Part shown: piece by piece, positions 43,770 through 58,037 of the stretch | Layout of the letters: each line of letters begins with the position of its first letter | Numbering within the stretch: the stretch's first letter is position 1 | NCBI RefSeq assembly: GCF_009914755.1 | Contig: NC_060935.1 | Direction: 5' to 3' (one strand) | DNA from: the human T2T-CHM13v2.0 reference genome, Homo sapiens | Length of the DNA stretch: 64,000 nucleotides | Notes under the pieces: model-generated | Databases searched by the model: none | The model's input: the letters and a program-made list of their open reading frames with translations, nothing else | Told to the model about the DNA's origin: nothing | Translations under genes and position numbers: made by a program

Positions 43770-44749
43770 TAAAAGCATCCAAATCTGCCTGGATTGGGAA
43801 CGGGGCAAATGAATCTTGTGCACAAGAACTTGATATGTAAACATCTGTGTGTATGTGTGTTTGCACATGCACATGCGCAGGTACCTCCCATTCATATAGA
43901 AGTCAGACTTTCATGGGTTTTCATTCCCATGGCAGTTTTTCCAAGTTTCATATTTGTATTTCTGCACGTACACAAGTGTTGTGAACACCACACACTTCCA
44001 CAAGCATGCACATGCATGAATACACATGCACACACACGTGCACACATGTTCCTCCACCCCAACCCCTAACCCAAGGGGTGAGGCTCTCTGGTAGGGCAGC
44101 CACTTCACTATTCCTGGCTTGCAGGATTTATGCCCTTACAGCCATTTGCACTGAAGTTCCTTGCTAGACACTGAACCTGCTCTAAGCATGGCTCTCTGTT
44201 CCTCTTCCACAACCCTCTTGCTAGCCCAGACTGCACCTTCTAAGTCCCTTCTTGAAAGGACACCTCCCTTCAAGACCCAGAAACCTCTAGTGGTCTGACT
44301 GCAAAGGAGAGTGAGGACACGGGATAAACAAATACCAGTCCTGGCCCCAGGTGTCACTGAGAGAAGCCCCAACACTGAGCCAGAGTTTAAAATGGCAATG
44401 GCTTTCTGGAGGACTTTCCTATGTGGCAAGGCATGCTGAGGTCTAGACCAGGGGGCAGCTTTCAGGGTAGAACCAGCACCTGCTGAAAACAGCTGGTGTC
44501 ATTATGTAGCCCCTAGCCCCTCCATCCTACCCCATCTGCCCTCCCTGCCATAGTGAAAGTAGAGTCCTGGTAACAGCACCAACTTTAAAATCAGGTGGTT
44601 TGGGGATTAGAATCTCAGCTCCAATACTTGATAGCTGTGAGAACTTCAGCCAGTTTCTTATTCTGTCTGAACCATGGTTTCATCATCTGTTGAGTGATCT
44701 GAACTCCTTAGAATTATTGGAAGGATTTAAATCAGAGTCACCATGTATT

Positions 44750-44860
44750 TCTGCTCAGGTTGTGCACTGCACAGTTCCAGGGAGCCATCATTGATATGGG
44801 CTACAAAATCAATGACAGCCCTTGGATTGTGTAGGACACAACCTTATGTGATAATACAGG
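44750..44860. mobile_element. MER91-like palindromic MITE inside a MIR
   Basis: AGGTTGTGCACTGCACAGTTCCAGGG...CCCTTGGATTGTGTAGGACACAACCT imperfect palindrome; related copy near 36825-36915. Confidence 0.5.
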
Positions 44861-44980
44861 TATGAAATAATATGTTAAAAGCACCTGGCCCAAGGCCTGG
44901 CACCTAGTAGGTGCTAAATAAATGGTGGCCAAAAAATACGTTTATTAATCATGCCTTTAATTCACAGAAAGGCACCCACT

Positions 44981-45260
44981 GGCTGGGTGTGGTGGCTTAT
45001 GCACATGATCCCAGCACTTTGGGAGGCTGAGGCAGGCAGATCACTTGAGGCCAGGAGTTTGAGACCAGCCTGGCCAACAGGGCAAAACCCCATCTCTTAA
45101 AAAAAAAAAAAACACAAAAAAAACGTGGTGGTGCATACCTGTAACCCCAGCTACCTGAGAGGCCTGAGGCATGAGATTCGCTTGAACCTAGGAGGTGGAG
45201 CTTGCAGTGAGCTGAGATTGTGCCACTGCACTCCAGCCTGGGCAACAAAGCGACACTGTC

Positions 45261-45287
<27 letters not shown>
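44981..45287 (+). mobile_element. AluSz-like
   Basis: Full dimer; TSD AGAAAGGCACCCA. Confidence 0.95.
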
Positions 45288-45291
<4 letters not shown>

Positions 45292-46255
45292 AGGCACCCA
45301 TGTAGCCTTCACTGCCTGCTGACATAATGGCTGAGGGTAGGAAGTTTTAGCCATGGTAATATACAAGGCAACTTCAGTGGTGATGGAATATGATGTCCTC
45401 GGAACATCCATTTTTATTGTTCTTTAGATTCCAGAGTTTAAGAGTTTGCTCATGGCTTTTGCTCACTGGAAATTTTCTTAGTGAACAATCAGATATCTTG
45501 CAGTGCTAGAATGTGTGTGCTGTTGGAATCATTTGGTCTTAATGAGGTGGGATTTACTTTAAGTGGAGCATAATTGCCCTTCCCCATTAAAATATTTTCT
45601 TTTAAATCAAAACATTATGTACTATGTCCTTTTAAACATAGCTGACCTTTAAAAAGGAGAATCTAGATGCTCAGACCTCCAACCTCAATCCTTATGGTCT
45701 GGTAACTACCCCTTCTATACCCAGGCAAAGATGGGAGATTTACTTTCTGGTGAGGTCAACTCGTAGACGTGGGATATATGTGAGAGAGGTAGAAGATGCC
45801 TACTACACACAGGGTTTACATTCTGAAAAGTTGGACTGTCAAATATGCTGCCCCTACCTGGGTCCCATAAAGCTACAGCCAAACCTAAACCACCCCACCC
45901 CAGGCAGGAGGCTGTAGGGTTCTAATCAGCCCAGAAAATTGGCTTAAAAATATGAACAACAAGGAGTCCCAAGTGAAACAGCCAGGTCCCTCTCAGTCAG
46001 CCTGTAGTGAAGAGTTCACCAGCTGCTAAGCCACACTAACAAGCAAAGAAATTCCAATCAGCAGTTTAGAGCCTCTCTCCTAGATGTTCATCAGATATTG
46101 AGGGACTGATTTTGACACAGAAGATAGAGACTAAAAATAACAATCAGAGCAAAAGAAAGAGAGAAAGAGATGAGAAAAGGAAGGAAGAAAGGAGGGAGGG
46201 AGGGAAGAAGGAAATAACTCTGACACAATTAATACAAAGCAGGGGCAAAATAATA

Positions 46256-46460
46256 CTGGCCAACATACTGAAACCCTGTCTGTACTAAAAATACAAAAAT
46301 TAGCCATGCATGGTGGCACGCACCTATAGTCCCAGCTATTCAGGAGGCTGAGCCAGAAGAATTGCTTGAACCTGGGAGGCGGAGGTTGTAGTGGGCCAAG
46401 GTCACCCCACTGTACTTTACCGTGGGCAACAGAGCGAGACTTCGTCTCAAAAAAAATAAA
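46256..46460 (+). mobile_element. AluS, 5'-truncated
   Basis: Starts at CTGGCCAACAT; complete right arm and tail. Confidence 0.9.
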
Positions 46461-46465
46461 ATATG

Positions 46466-46775
<310 letters not shown>

Positions 46776-47411
46776 TTAGTAGTCATGATGAGAGAAGATA
46801 TTGCAACTATGAAATAAGAATGAAGCTCATAAAAAGAGAAGAACAAGAAAGAACTCATAGAAATAAAAAATGTGAGAGCCAAAATAAAAATGCAACAGAT
46901 GGATGACAAGATACAGCTGAGGACATCCCCCAGAAACTGTAACATTACAACAGAAATGGAAAATGAAATAAAGTGAGAAGATCTGTCTGGAGATCCAAAG
47001 TCTAAATAACCAAGAGAGACAATGGAGGAGGGGAAACATCAAAGAACAAAAGAGAAGAACTTTAATGAATGGAGGAATCTAAGTTTCTAGATTAAGGAGG
47101 CCTTCAAAGAGCCTAGCATAATGTAGGAATTCTCAAATCAAAGTCTGTCATTCCAAAACTTTAGGTCACCAGAAATGAATAAAAGCTCTCAGGGAAAAAT
47201 AGAGATTAAAATGTCGTCAAATTAGAAGATGACACAACAGTGCTTTTAAAATTCAGAAGGAAAATTATTTCTAACTTTGAATTCTTTAGCCTGCCAAACC
47301 ATCAGTCAGAAGTGAATATAGAATAGAGACATTTTTAGAAAATGCAGGGTCTTAAAGAATTACCTCCCATATACCTTTCTAAAAAAGTTACTGAAGGATA
47401 TGCTCCATCAA

Positions 47412-47525
47412 AATGAAGGAGTAAACTGAAGAAAAGGAACACGATCAACTGGTAATCCAGCACAGGGGAATGAAGGAGTAAACTGAAGAAAAGGAACACG
47501 ATCAACTGGTAATCCAGCACAGGGG
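47412..47525. repeat. Perfect 57-bp tandem duplication
   Basis: AATGAAGGAGTAAACTGAAGAAAAGGAACACGATCAACTGGTAATCCAGCACAGGGG twice, no mismatch. Confidence 0.97.
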
Positions 47526-47812
47526 AGAAGAGACAGGGAATTTTCAGGAGGATGGAAAAGAAAAGTCCAGGAAAACAGCTGTACAGCAATTCAAAAGCAA
47601 AACTAATCCAGAGTAGAGCAGGAGAAGAGAGATATCTAGAAAGTGTCTCTGGGGATAAAAAATAAAAGTGGTAGATTATCTGACATGCTTTGTTATGTAG
47701 AGAGGCATTCTATAGCTGTACAAATATTTCACCAGAAATTTGACAAACACCAAACTTTTCTTAAAAAACAATTAAGTACAAGAAAAATAAAACATTCTGT
47801 AATTACCTCATA

Positions 47813-48574
47813 TAAGGACTCTTAAAATTTCCTCTCCATAATATATCTTGAAAAATTATTCCACTTTTCAGACAACTATTATTTGTCTTTTATTTTTGTT
47901 TTGGGGATAAGTTTTTACCCAGAAGCACACTACATATATGTGCTGCAAGACATGATAATTTGACATTACAATTTCAGGCAATGACATACCTACCAACTGA
48001 TTCAACATTTCCATTCATAGACTAGCATACTGGGCAAATTTGAGTTACTTGCCGCATATGGATGAGCCCCAAATGCTTTGTTATGCAAGGAGTGCCAAAT
48101 AAGAAAGACTTTCTACAACACTTTAGTCTTTTGGGTGTGCATACTGTTTCCACGTTTTGAGGTATTCTCATATTTAGCTTTTATTTAGCCCTAAAGGTGT
48201 AGTTCCATACTGTTTTTAAGTGCAGCTTGAGCAAATGATAACTATGACCCCAAAAAGTTGATGAATACAATGGTGCAACAAGAACCTACCTTCCAGAGAA
48301 TGACTCCCTCTTCCATCAGACACTCAAGTCTACTCCTCCTCCTTTGGTGAATAAAGTAAGTCTTTACTATATCAACTCATTATGTATTATTTATTTAAGC
48401 TTGTTTTTATTGTTCAATTGATATTTTTCCTATCTGTGAAAGTTGAGCATCTTCGGTTGGGATACATTAATACTTTCCCCTGTTAATATTCATACAGTTT
48501 TTTTTTTTTTTTTTTTTCCATTTAACAGGTCTTCACTTAGTGGCAGGGTTTTCAGGGTCAAATTAAAGTCCTTA
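47813..48574. mobile_element. Candidate non-autonomous DNA transposon with short TIRs (family uncertain, possibly MER99-like)
   Basis: TAAGGACTCTTAAAATTT on the left vs reverse-complement TAAGGACTTTAATTT on the right; HAL1-like sequence on both sides. Confidence 0.5.
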
Positions 48575-49559
48575 AAAGAAATATGTGTCATGAAAGGAAA
48601 TGTAATTACACAACCTGGATCAGCAATGAATAATACATGGTCCAACAAATACGAATTGAATAAAAATAAGAATTGGGCCGGGCGTGGTATAAGTGACTTA
48701 AGCCATGTCGGGAAAATGAACAAAGAATTGTATTCAAAGGGTGTTGTAACATAATTGTCTTCATACTCCTTATTAGAAAGTCAATATGTAACATATAAAT
48801 TTGAAATATCAAGAATAGCAATATAAACATGTTATTTAGAAAAATGGAAGTAAATACTTAAAAAAACATCTAAAGCATTGAATGTGCTTGCCTCTGGAAA
48901 TGAGGACTAGGGTGAAGAGAGAGACAAGACACTGCTTTTCATTATGTTTTATAGGGCTGTTTGACTTTCTAAAGTAATAACTAATAAAAATTAAAATTAC
49001 ATTTAAAAAGGCAATAAATATTCATTGGAGAAAACTTGGAAAATAGAAAAATGGAAAGAGATAAAATAAAAGTCATTCATAACATATCTACCCAGAAAAG
49101 CTGCTGATGAAACAATTGTAGGCTAGTTTTGAGTTTTTCTACTATGCATACATACATACACATTTTTAAATAAAAGTGAGATCGTATTGTAAATATTGTT
49201 TTGCAACCTGCATTTTTTTCCTCAAGGTAATTGTGGTAAATTTTCCTGTGTTAATATTCATCTACTACATCGTTTTAATGGCTGTATATTCCCCATTATA
49301 CAAATATACTATAATTTATTTAGTTCAACCCAATATTTACCATTAATTATTCAACCAGCATAATTATTCCACCAAACAAACGCAACTTTTGATTCTTTTG
49401 AAAAGATAGTAGAAAGGAATTTTCTCTATCCTTTGTTCAATTGTTGTCAATAGTTTCTATTTTGCTTTACTAGCAAGGCTGAGATATTTGACTTGCTCTG
49501 AGATTTTCCCCTGACAATTCACACTCTTTTTAAAATTCTCTCTCCCTTTAAAATTGTAA

Positions 49560-50130
49560 AAGGAATGTGTATGTGGTAAATAGATGTTCTTGCCTGATAG
49601 TGACCCTTTTCTCATCTTTAGGGAATAGCACCTTGGTTTTTCTTCCTGGAATCCCTCCTCCCTCTCAGGCAATGGCCCAGCCTATGTGGTTTGGGTGAAA
49701 CCGAACCCACCTCTGGTCCAGGGTGACCATATGATCTCACCTGGTCGTTCAGCCTAATTCATCTTTTCAGGCTCCATAAATAGTTCAGGGATGGACGTAT
49801 GGCCAGAAAGGATGCAACAGAGTCAACACCACAGCTTTCACTGGAAACTTTAGGGAAGAAGATTTCTCTTTCTTTTCACTGGGATGGCTGAGCTGATAAA
49901 AGTTTAAGTCTGAGGTGGCTGGTGACCATTTGCTACTGCAAAGGGAAAGCCTGCCTGAGGATTCAGCCAAAGAGGAAGAAAAATAACCAAGAGATTTAGA
50001 AAGGCAGAATCATGACGACACCTTTTGAGCACCTGGATCCAGCACTGCCCAATGCTCCCAGCCAGTGACAGGAACTAATACATTTTCTTTTTTCCTTAAT
50101 CTCTTTTGAGTTGGGGTGCTGTCATCTGCA
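49560..50130 (+). mobile_element. MLT1K-like LTR
   Basis: TTTGAGCACCTGGATCCAGC...TTTTGAGTTGGG...GTCATCTGCAA. Confidence 0.65.
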
Positions 50131-50450
50131 AGTGAGTATATGTGTTAATAATATGTACTCAAAGTCAAATAACTCAAACAGTATTGGTAAAAAGTGAAAA
50201 TTAAAACTTCCTCTTTTCTTCCCCAAATTCTCAGTCCAAACACCCCAGAGACAATCACTTCTCGGTTTCTTAACTATGCTTCCAAAATGTGTCTGTGCAT
50301 TTACAAATATACCAATTTCCAATTTTTGAAATATGCAAACAGAATTATACTAACTATACTATCCTGTAACTTGTGTTTTTACTTTACCATGAGGAAAGAA
50401 GATACCTTGCCTTGCACAAATCTAGATGTTTACTTCATTTTTCCTAAGAC

Positions 50451-50753
<303 letters not shown>

Positions 50754-50919
50754 ATTTTTCCTAAGACATTTACTTGCATGGCTTCATTTTGCAAAGGAGT
50801 GTATTGTATGGACATCCCATATTCTAACCAGTCCTGTACTGATGACCATTTAGGTTTACCCAGTTTTTCATCATTAAAAACAGGTTGTGATGGGCATCAT
50901 TCTTTTATCGTTTTGTGCA

Positions 50920-51840
50920 GCAAATCCACAAAGCCAAAGAAGTTTATGCTTCTGGCGCCTCATTGCCCAGGCCCCTTCCAGGGAGCTTACATTTCATTTA
51001 CTGTCACAGGATGCAGGTAAGTGCATGCCAGCCGCACAACGTAAGAGTGACGCCCAGTAATAGTACTACTGCCCCATGCTGACTTACAGGGGTCAAGATC
51101 CAAAGTTGCAGGACCCTGGGTCATGTCTCAGTAAAAACGTGCCGGAGGACAACAGGTACAGAATTATACAGAAGTGGAAGAGACCTGGTCTGAAATGTAC
51201 AGAACAAGAAGCTAGTCTGGGGAAAGTTCCAATTGTCAGAGGTATGAAAAGGGTTTTGATTCTCACAAAAGTCTACCAGAAACAGAATAATTCAGCATGT
51301 ACAACAAAAAATGTACCATATGGTTTTTTCTTTTTTGACAAGAATCAGGGAGAATAAAATTTATCAAGATCTCTTTGTAGGGCCAAATCTGCAGCAATAC
51401 CACAACCAGCTAGTATATGTCTGTATGAAGTGGCACGTTTTCTCATCACGACTATCAATAATAAAGAACAGATTTCAATTTACTATGCCATAGGAAAGAC
51501 TGAACTATCTTCCTACTCTCTTTATGAAAAGTGATATTTCACAATTGTTGTCATATGAATCAGAAGCAATCAAAGAGTATGCAGCCAAAAACTGTAGGAA
51601 GGAAGGCATTGTAAAAGCACATGAAGCAGTAAATTAATAAGAATATTATGTTATTTTTCTGAACTTTGTGATTATGGTATTTGGCAGCTTTTTAAAATGT
51701 GTGACTTTTGTAGTTTATTCTCTCTTTGCAAATAAATATTCATTGTGTGCCTAACTTATGTGTGTAATTTTGTGTTTTTTAAAGAGGTTCTCTAAACTTC
51801 TCTGAAACTCAGGCTCTGCAAAACTTGCTTCTGCACCTTT
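50920..51840 (+). mobile_element. Zaphod/MER115-like hAT-Tip100 remnant
   Basis: Translation FSSRLSIIKNRFQFTMP*ERLNYLPTLFMKSDI...AIKEYAAKNCRK matches the hAT dimerisation domain. Confidence 0.75.
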
Positions 51841-52052
51841 GTAGAGGATGAACACACACGATCTGCAGTCAGACCTCCCAGCTTCAGATCTCAGCGGGGC
51901 CATCTGCCAGCTTTATAATGCTGGGCGGTTTACTCTGCCTTTCTATGCCTCAGTTTTCTCGTCTATGAAGTGGGGATAATAACCTCAGAGGGTTTTTTGT
52001 AGGATTAAATGAGTTAATACGTATAAAAAACCCAGAAGCTGGCCATCAGTAA

Positions 52053-52372
<320 letters not shown>

Positions 52373-52847
52373 ACAACTATGTTTATTTCTTATGCACATG
52401 TGCAGGTATTTCCGCAGGATGCTTTCCTAAAATTATAAGCCCTGGTACAAGGTACACACTTGATGAATTTTAATAGAGAATGCCAAATACTCTTCAGAAA
52501 CCTGGGCCAACTTACCCCCACCCCACTGTATACATAGTGACATATCTCAGAACCGAGGAATCAGGAAGTCCATCCCGGGTGACTCTAAGGCTTGGGTTCT
52601 TACTTCATTCCTGAACATGTCCAGGTCAAGTTGGTTTGGTGGCTACTGGGAATTACAGACTCTGCTCCCAGCTGACACTCCTGTGAATTTTGGCAGCACC
52701 TTACATTTACGACATGCCTTACCTTTTATTGAGCACAGTGGCCCTGTAGGTTAGGCAGGTCAGGGCAGTGATTAATAATTTATGGAAGAAGAAATTATGT
52801 CTCACATCAGCAAGAGACCTATGCAAGGTTACTCCAACTGGTAAGTA

Positions 52848-53249
<402 letters not shown>

Positions 53250-54485
53250 CATGAAGGAGAGGACCAAGAACCCAGGGCTTCTGAAAACCTGGGGTGTATG
53301 TTTCCTTGTGGTACCTCGTTGCCTTTCAAAATTCTATTAAAATGAAACATATTTTTTTAAATGGCATATATTCACAATGAAATACACCCTTTACTCCAAG
53401 TCAGTAGTGAAAAGCAGGCATTAATGCTATATGATATACTAAAAGGGCACCTCTTAGAAAAACAAAGTTAATTGCAGCCTCTTGATTCAAATGAAATCCA
53501 CTCTGTTTTAAACTTTCAATTATAGTAAGATAAAGCTGCAGAGAATGTGCTTTCCATCCTAATTTGAGACTTCAGATGGCAGCTCCTTTTGTACTTCTAT
53601 CTTTAAAAAACTGCCTCCCCCCAGCCCCCAATCTTGTTATCTTCTCTTTGACTTGCCAAACAAATCTAGTCCAAAAAAATAGAACTGATTAAATGCCTAA
53701 GGGAAGGAAGTGAAGAGCTTAAAATCAGTCGAGTCTGTTACCACATGTTCGGGTTAATTTAACTTTGCTCACATGACAAATTAGAAAGGAAAAGGAAAAT
53801 TTGCATACAAGGACAATTAAGAATAAACTAGAGGTGTCATTTGTCCCAAATTAGGACAGGATCCCATAATTTGTTTTTCCACCAGAAGAGTACTTTCTGG
53901 CAAGCAGAGACTACGGGGTGCACGCTTTTCTTCTCCGATGTCACGAGCAAGTGGGCGCTTCATCACAAAGGGAGGCTCAGCCCACAGTCAGCTGTGCCTC
54001 AGGCCTCCTCTTCAGCAAGCCAGGCTAACCACATGGTAGTGCTTCCATGCCCTAGCTGTTTAGCTTATGAAAAATGTGAACATGCCTAGGGTCTGTGAAA
54101 GTGCATCCAGGTCTAGTGGTAGATAGACAATAGGTAGATGGATGACTGATGGAAAGATTCATATGTAGATTAATCCATAGATAGACAGCAAGGGGATTTA
54201 TTTTATATAACATGGTGGCTCCCAGGCCACCTTCTAGCCTGCCTACCCTGGTAATTTCCACACACTGTCTGTCCTCAAAGCTCTAAGAATACTCTAAAGA
54301 CCCACTCTGTAAGTATAATAATGGGGATATATTTTTAATGTGCAGGACATAGTATTCAGTAGCCACTTTGTTATTCCAGCTGCCACAGGAAGTTTCTCTC
54401 ACTCCTTAGCAAAGGATAGATTTATGCAATAGAAATGCCCAGTCTTGAATCATCCAGAGATTCACTTCTTAAAAGGAGCTTTACA

Positions 54486-54851
<366 letters not shown>

Positions 54852-56634
54852 TTACCCCTCACTGGTGGACCCGAGGGAAACATACAGAGTGGGCTCTGAA
54901 GTTTTTGAGCATCTGGTTGTGGTGTCAGTGATGGTATTTTTTGTTTGCTTACTTTCTTGATAAGTAACAGAAATGAGATCTGGTTAATTTAATAAAAACA
55001 AAATGCAAGAATTTATCAAAAGGCTATATGATAGCATAGCAAATTCCAGGAAAAGCTAAGCCAACAGTAGGAACCCCAGTAGCTCTGGGAGTCTGGGTAG
55101 CAGAAACTAATAATGGGCAGTTACAGCAAAGGACTACCTTTGAGAAAAGTCTTTTCAAAGGATTTTCCTATCAGGTTGCTCCACCTGATTCCTAACTGGG
55201 TGAGAGCATCTGATTAGCTCAATGTTAAGCCAAGGCAGGGGATACAGGACGCAGGGACAGAAGCCTGTATACCTGATTCATACTACTGGGGGAGGACATC
55301 TGATTAGCAAGGACAGAAGCCTGTATACAGTGGTAAAGAAGGGATTCCCCAAAGACCAGCTGCTATTATATATATATATATTTAAAGGCCAAAGGGATGT
55401 GGGCAAGCAAAAGCAGCAGATATCCATCACAGTCTAGTTTCTGCCTGTAACCCAAAGAAAGAGGTGTGTTTTCTCACTTGGAGTTGGGCCCTTCCAAAGG
55501 TTTCTAACCCAAAGCATGAAATACCCAGTACTCTATTTCAGGAAACTAAAGATTGTACTCAGGAACAAAATTTCCCCATTCTTGACCTCACATGTCAAGG
55601 ACAAGCTCACCTAAACCTTCAAAAGAGATAAGGGGTCCAGGGTATAGACAAGTGAACATCCAAGCACAAAGCAGTGTAGCAAGAGCTATGATAGGGAGGT
55701 GCAGAGTCCTACGGGAACACACGGCAGGACACCTGGCCTGACCTGGACTCAGAAAGAGTCAAGGAGGAGTTAAGTGAGAAGCTGGCAATCTACAAAGAAA
55801 TGTCGGATGTCTGAAGGTAGGAAGAGGAGCAGGTGACACACTGGAGGAGGTGAACCTGGTCAGTCAGCCGGGAGCACATGGGGGTGGCAGTAGATTGAGC
55901 TATTGGCTCCAGTTCTTCACCACTCCCTGCAGCCTCAACTTTGCTGTGGCCAGGATGAGGAGAGCCTCTCTCCCCATTTACTCTGACTTGGCTGTGAGAT
56001 CTGGTAGGTGTGTCTCTATGCCAATCCTAAGAGGCATTTTCATAGCTTAGGTCTTAGGTATTAGGCGTTCCATGTGCCTCCATAAGCCACTGCCATGAGG
56101 AGAACGTGCCCCAGCTAGCTTGATGGGCGAAGGAGGTTGAGAGACACATGGAGAAGGGCCACAGAAATGCAACTAGAAGTGGAGCCAGACCCAGTCTAGG
56201 TCACTCAAACCCCAATCGTGAAGGGCCCTTGTACCCCTGTTAAGTTGAACTTGATTCTAAGGGCAATGGACTCTATTGAGGTGTTTAGGAAGTAACACAA
56301 CAGATCTGCTTTTTAAAAAGCTCACTCTGATTGGTCCACTAGTGGGGTGGGGAGACAGATTCCCTGAAGTTCACAACCTTACTTTTTCAATGTTTTTGGC
56401 TTACAAGCATATCTAATAATATAAGCATGCTTTTATTAATTAATGAAAGAAGAAATTGACATTGTATATTCATTATAAACTCAACTATATGCATAGAAAA
56501 AAATAGAACATATATAAATAGAAAAAACATATGTCTAAAGGTTTACAGTGATTATCTCTGGATGGGATTATGGTTATTTTCTATAATTGTATGATTTTCT
56601 ACAGTGTCACAAGTCTTTTTATTATTCTGAAATA

Positions 56635-57300
56635 GGCTGAGTGCATTGGCACGTGCCTGTAATCCCAGCATTTTAAGAGTCTGAGGCTGGTGGATTGCTC
56701 GAGGCCAGGAGTTCAAGATCAGCCTGGGCAACATGGTGAAACCTCATTGATACAGTTAGGCTTTGTGTCCCTACCCAAATCTCATCTTGAATTGTAATCC
56801 CCGGGTGTTTAGGGAGAGACCTGGTGGGAAGTAATTAGATTATAGGGCAGTTTCCCACATGCTGTTCTCCTAATAGTGAACTCTCATGAGATCTGATGGT
56901 TTTATAAATGGTAGTTTTTCCTGCACTGACACAGGCATTCTCTCTCACCTGCCACCATGCCTCTTCCCCCACCACCATGATTGTAAGTTTCTTGAGGCCT
57001 CTCCAGCCATTCAGAACTGTGAGTCAATTAAACCTCTTTCTTTATAAATTATCCAGTCTCGGGTATGTCTTTATAGCAGTTGAAAATGGACTAATACATT
57101 TGTCTCTGCAAAAAATTAGCTGGGTGTGGTGGCTTGCACTTGTGGTCCCAGCTATTTGGGAGGCTGGGGTGGGAGGATTGCTTGAGCCCAGGTGGCAGAA
57201 GATGCAGTAAGCTGTGATTATGCCACTCAACTCCAGCCTGGGTGACAGGGTGAGACCTTCCTTGTCTTAAAAAGATAATAATAAAATAAAATAAAATAAA
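56635..57300 (+). mobile_element. AluJ split by THE1
   Basis: Left arm to AAACCTCAT (56747); resumes TTTGTCTCTGCAAAAAATTAGC at 57099. Confidence 0.88.
56748..57098 (+). mobile_element. THE1 (THE1D-like) solo LTR
   Basis: TGATACAGTTAGGCTTTGTGTCCC...GTGAGTCAATTAAACCTCTT...ATGGACTAATACA. Confidence 0.92.
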
Positions 57301-58037
57301 AATAAAACCACAATTTAGTGGGCATTTATTACACTGTATGCTCTCATAAATTATTCTATTTCATTATCACTTCCCTTTTTACAGCTGAGGAAACTGGATT
57401 TTAAGAACACTTTATTTTCCCAAGGTCAGCCCACTAATATGTGGCAGAGTCAGAACTTGAAACTTGGTCCATCTGACATGAAAGCCTGAGCCATGATGCT
57501 AGTTTTCATCTTTGTTGTTTTGGTTTTTCAGGGCATGCTCAGATGTTAAGTGTAAAGTCTGACAAGTTCTAACAGATGCATATTCTGTAACCCACACCCT
57601 GAAAAAAACCTAGAGCATTTCCATGACCCCTAAAGTTCTCTCTTCCCCATCTTTACCCTCAGCCTTCAGCAACTACTGTTGTGGTTTCGCAACTACTGTT
57701 GTGACTTCTTTATAAATGGAATTACACAAAACGTATTCTTTGGTTCCATCTTCTTTCATTCCACATCACGTTTCTGAGATCATAGTGTGTGTCTGCTGTT
57801 CTTTATTGCTGAGTAGTACTCCATTTCTCTGAATATGCTGAAGTTTGTTTATTCATTCTCCTATTACAGATACTTGGATTATTTCCACTTTGGGACCATT
57901 ATGAACAAAGCTACAATGCACATCACACATAAGTCTTTGTGCTCAGATATGTATTTTCCTTTCTCTTGGGTAAATACTGAAAATTGGAAATGCTGGGTCA
58001 CAGAGTATATGCATAGTTAATTTTATAAGAAACTAAC

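Noticed and set aside
44057-44073. Interstitial telomere repeat
   Set aside because: One exact CCCTAA with degenerate neighbours; consistent with chance.
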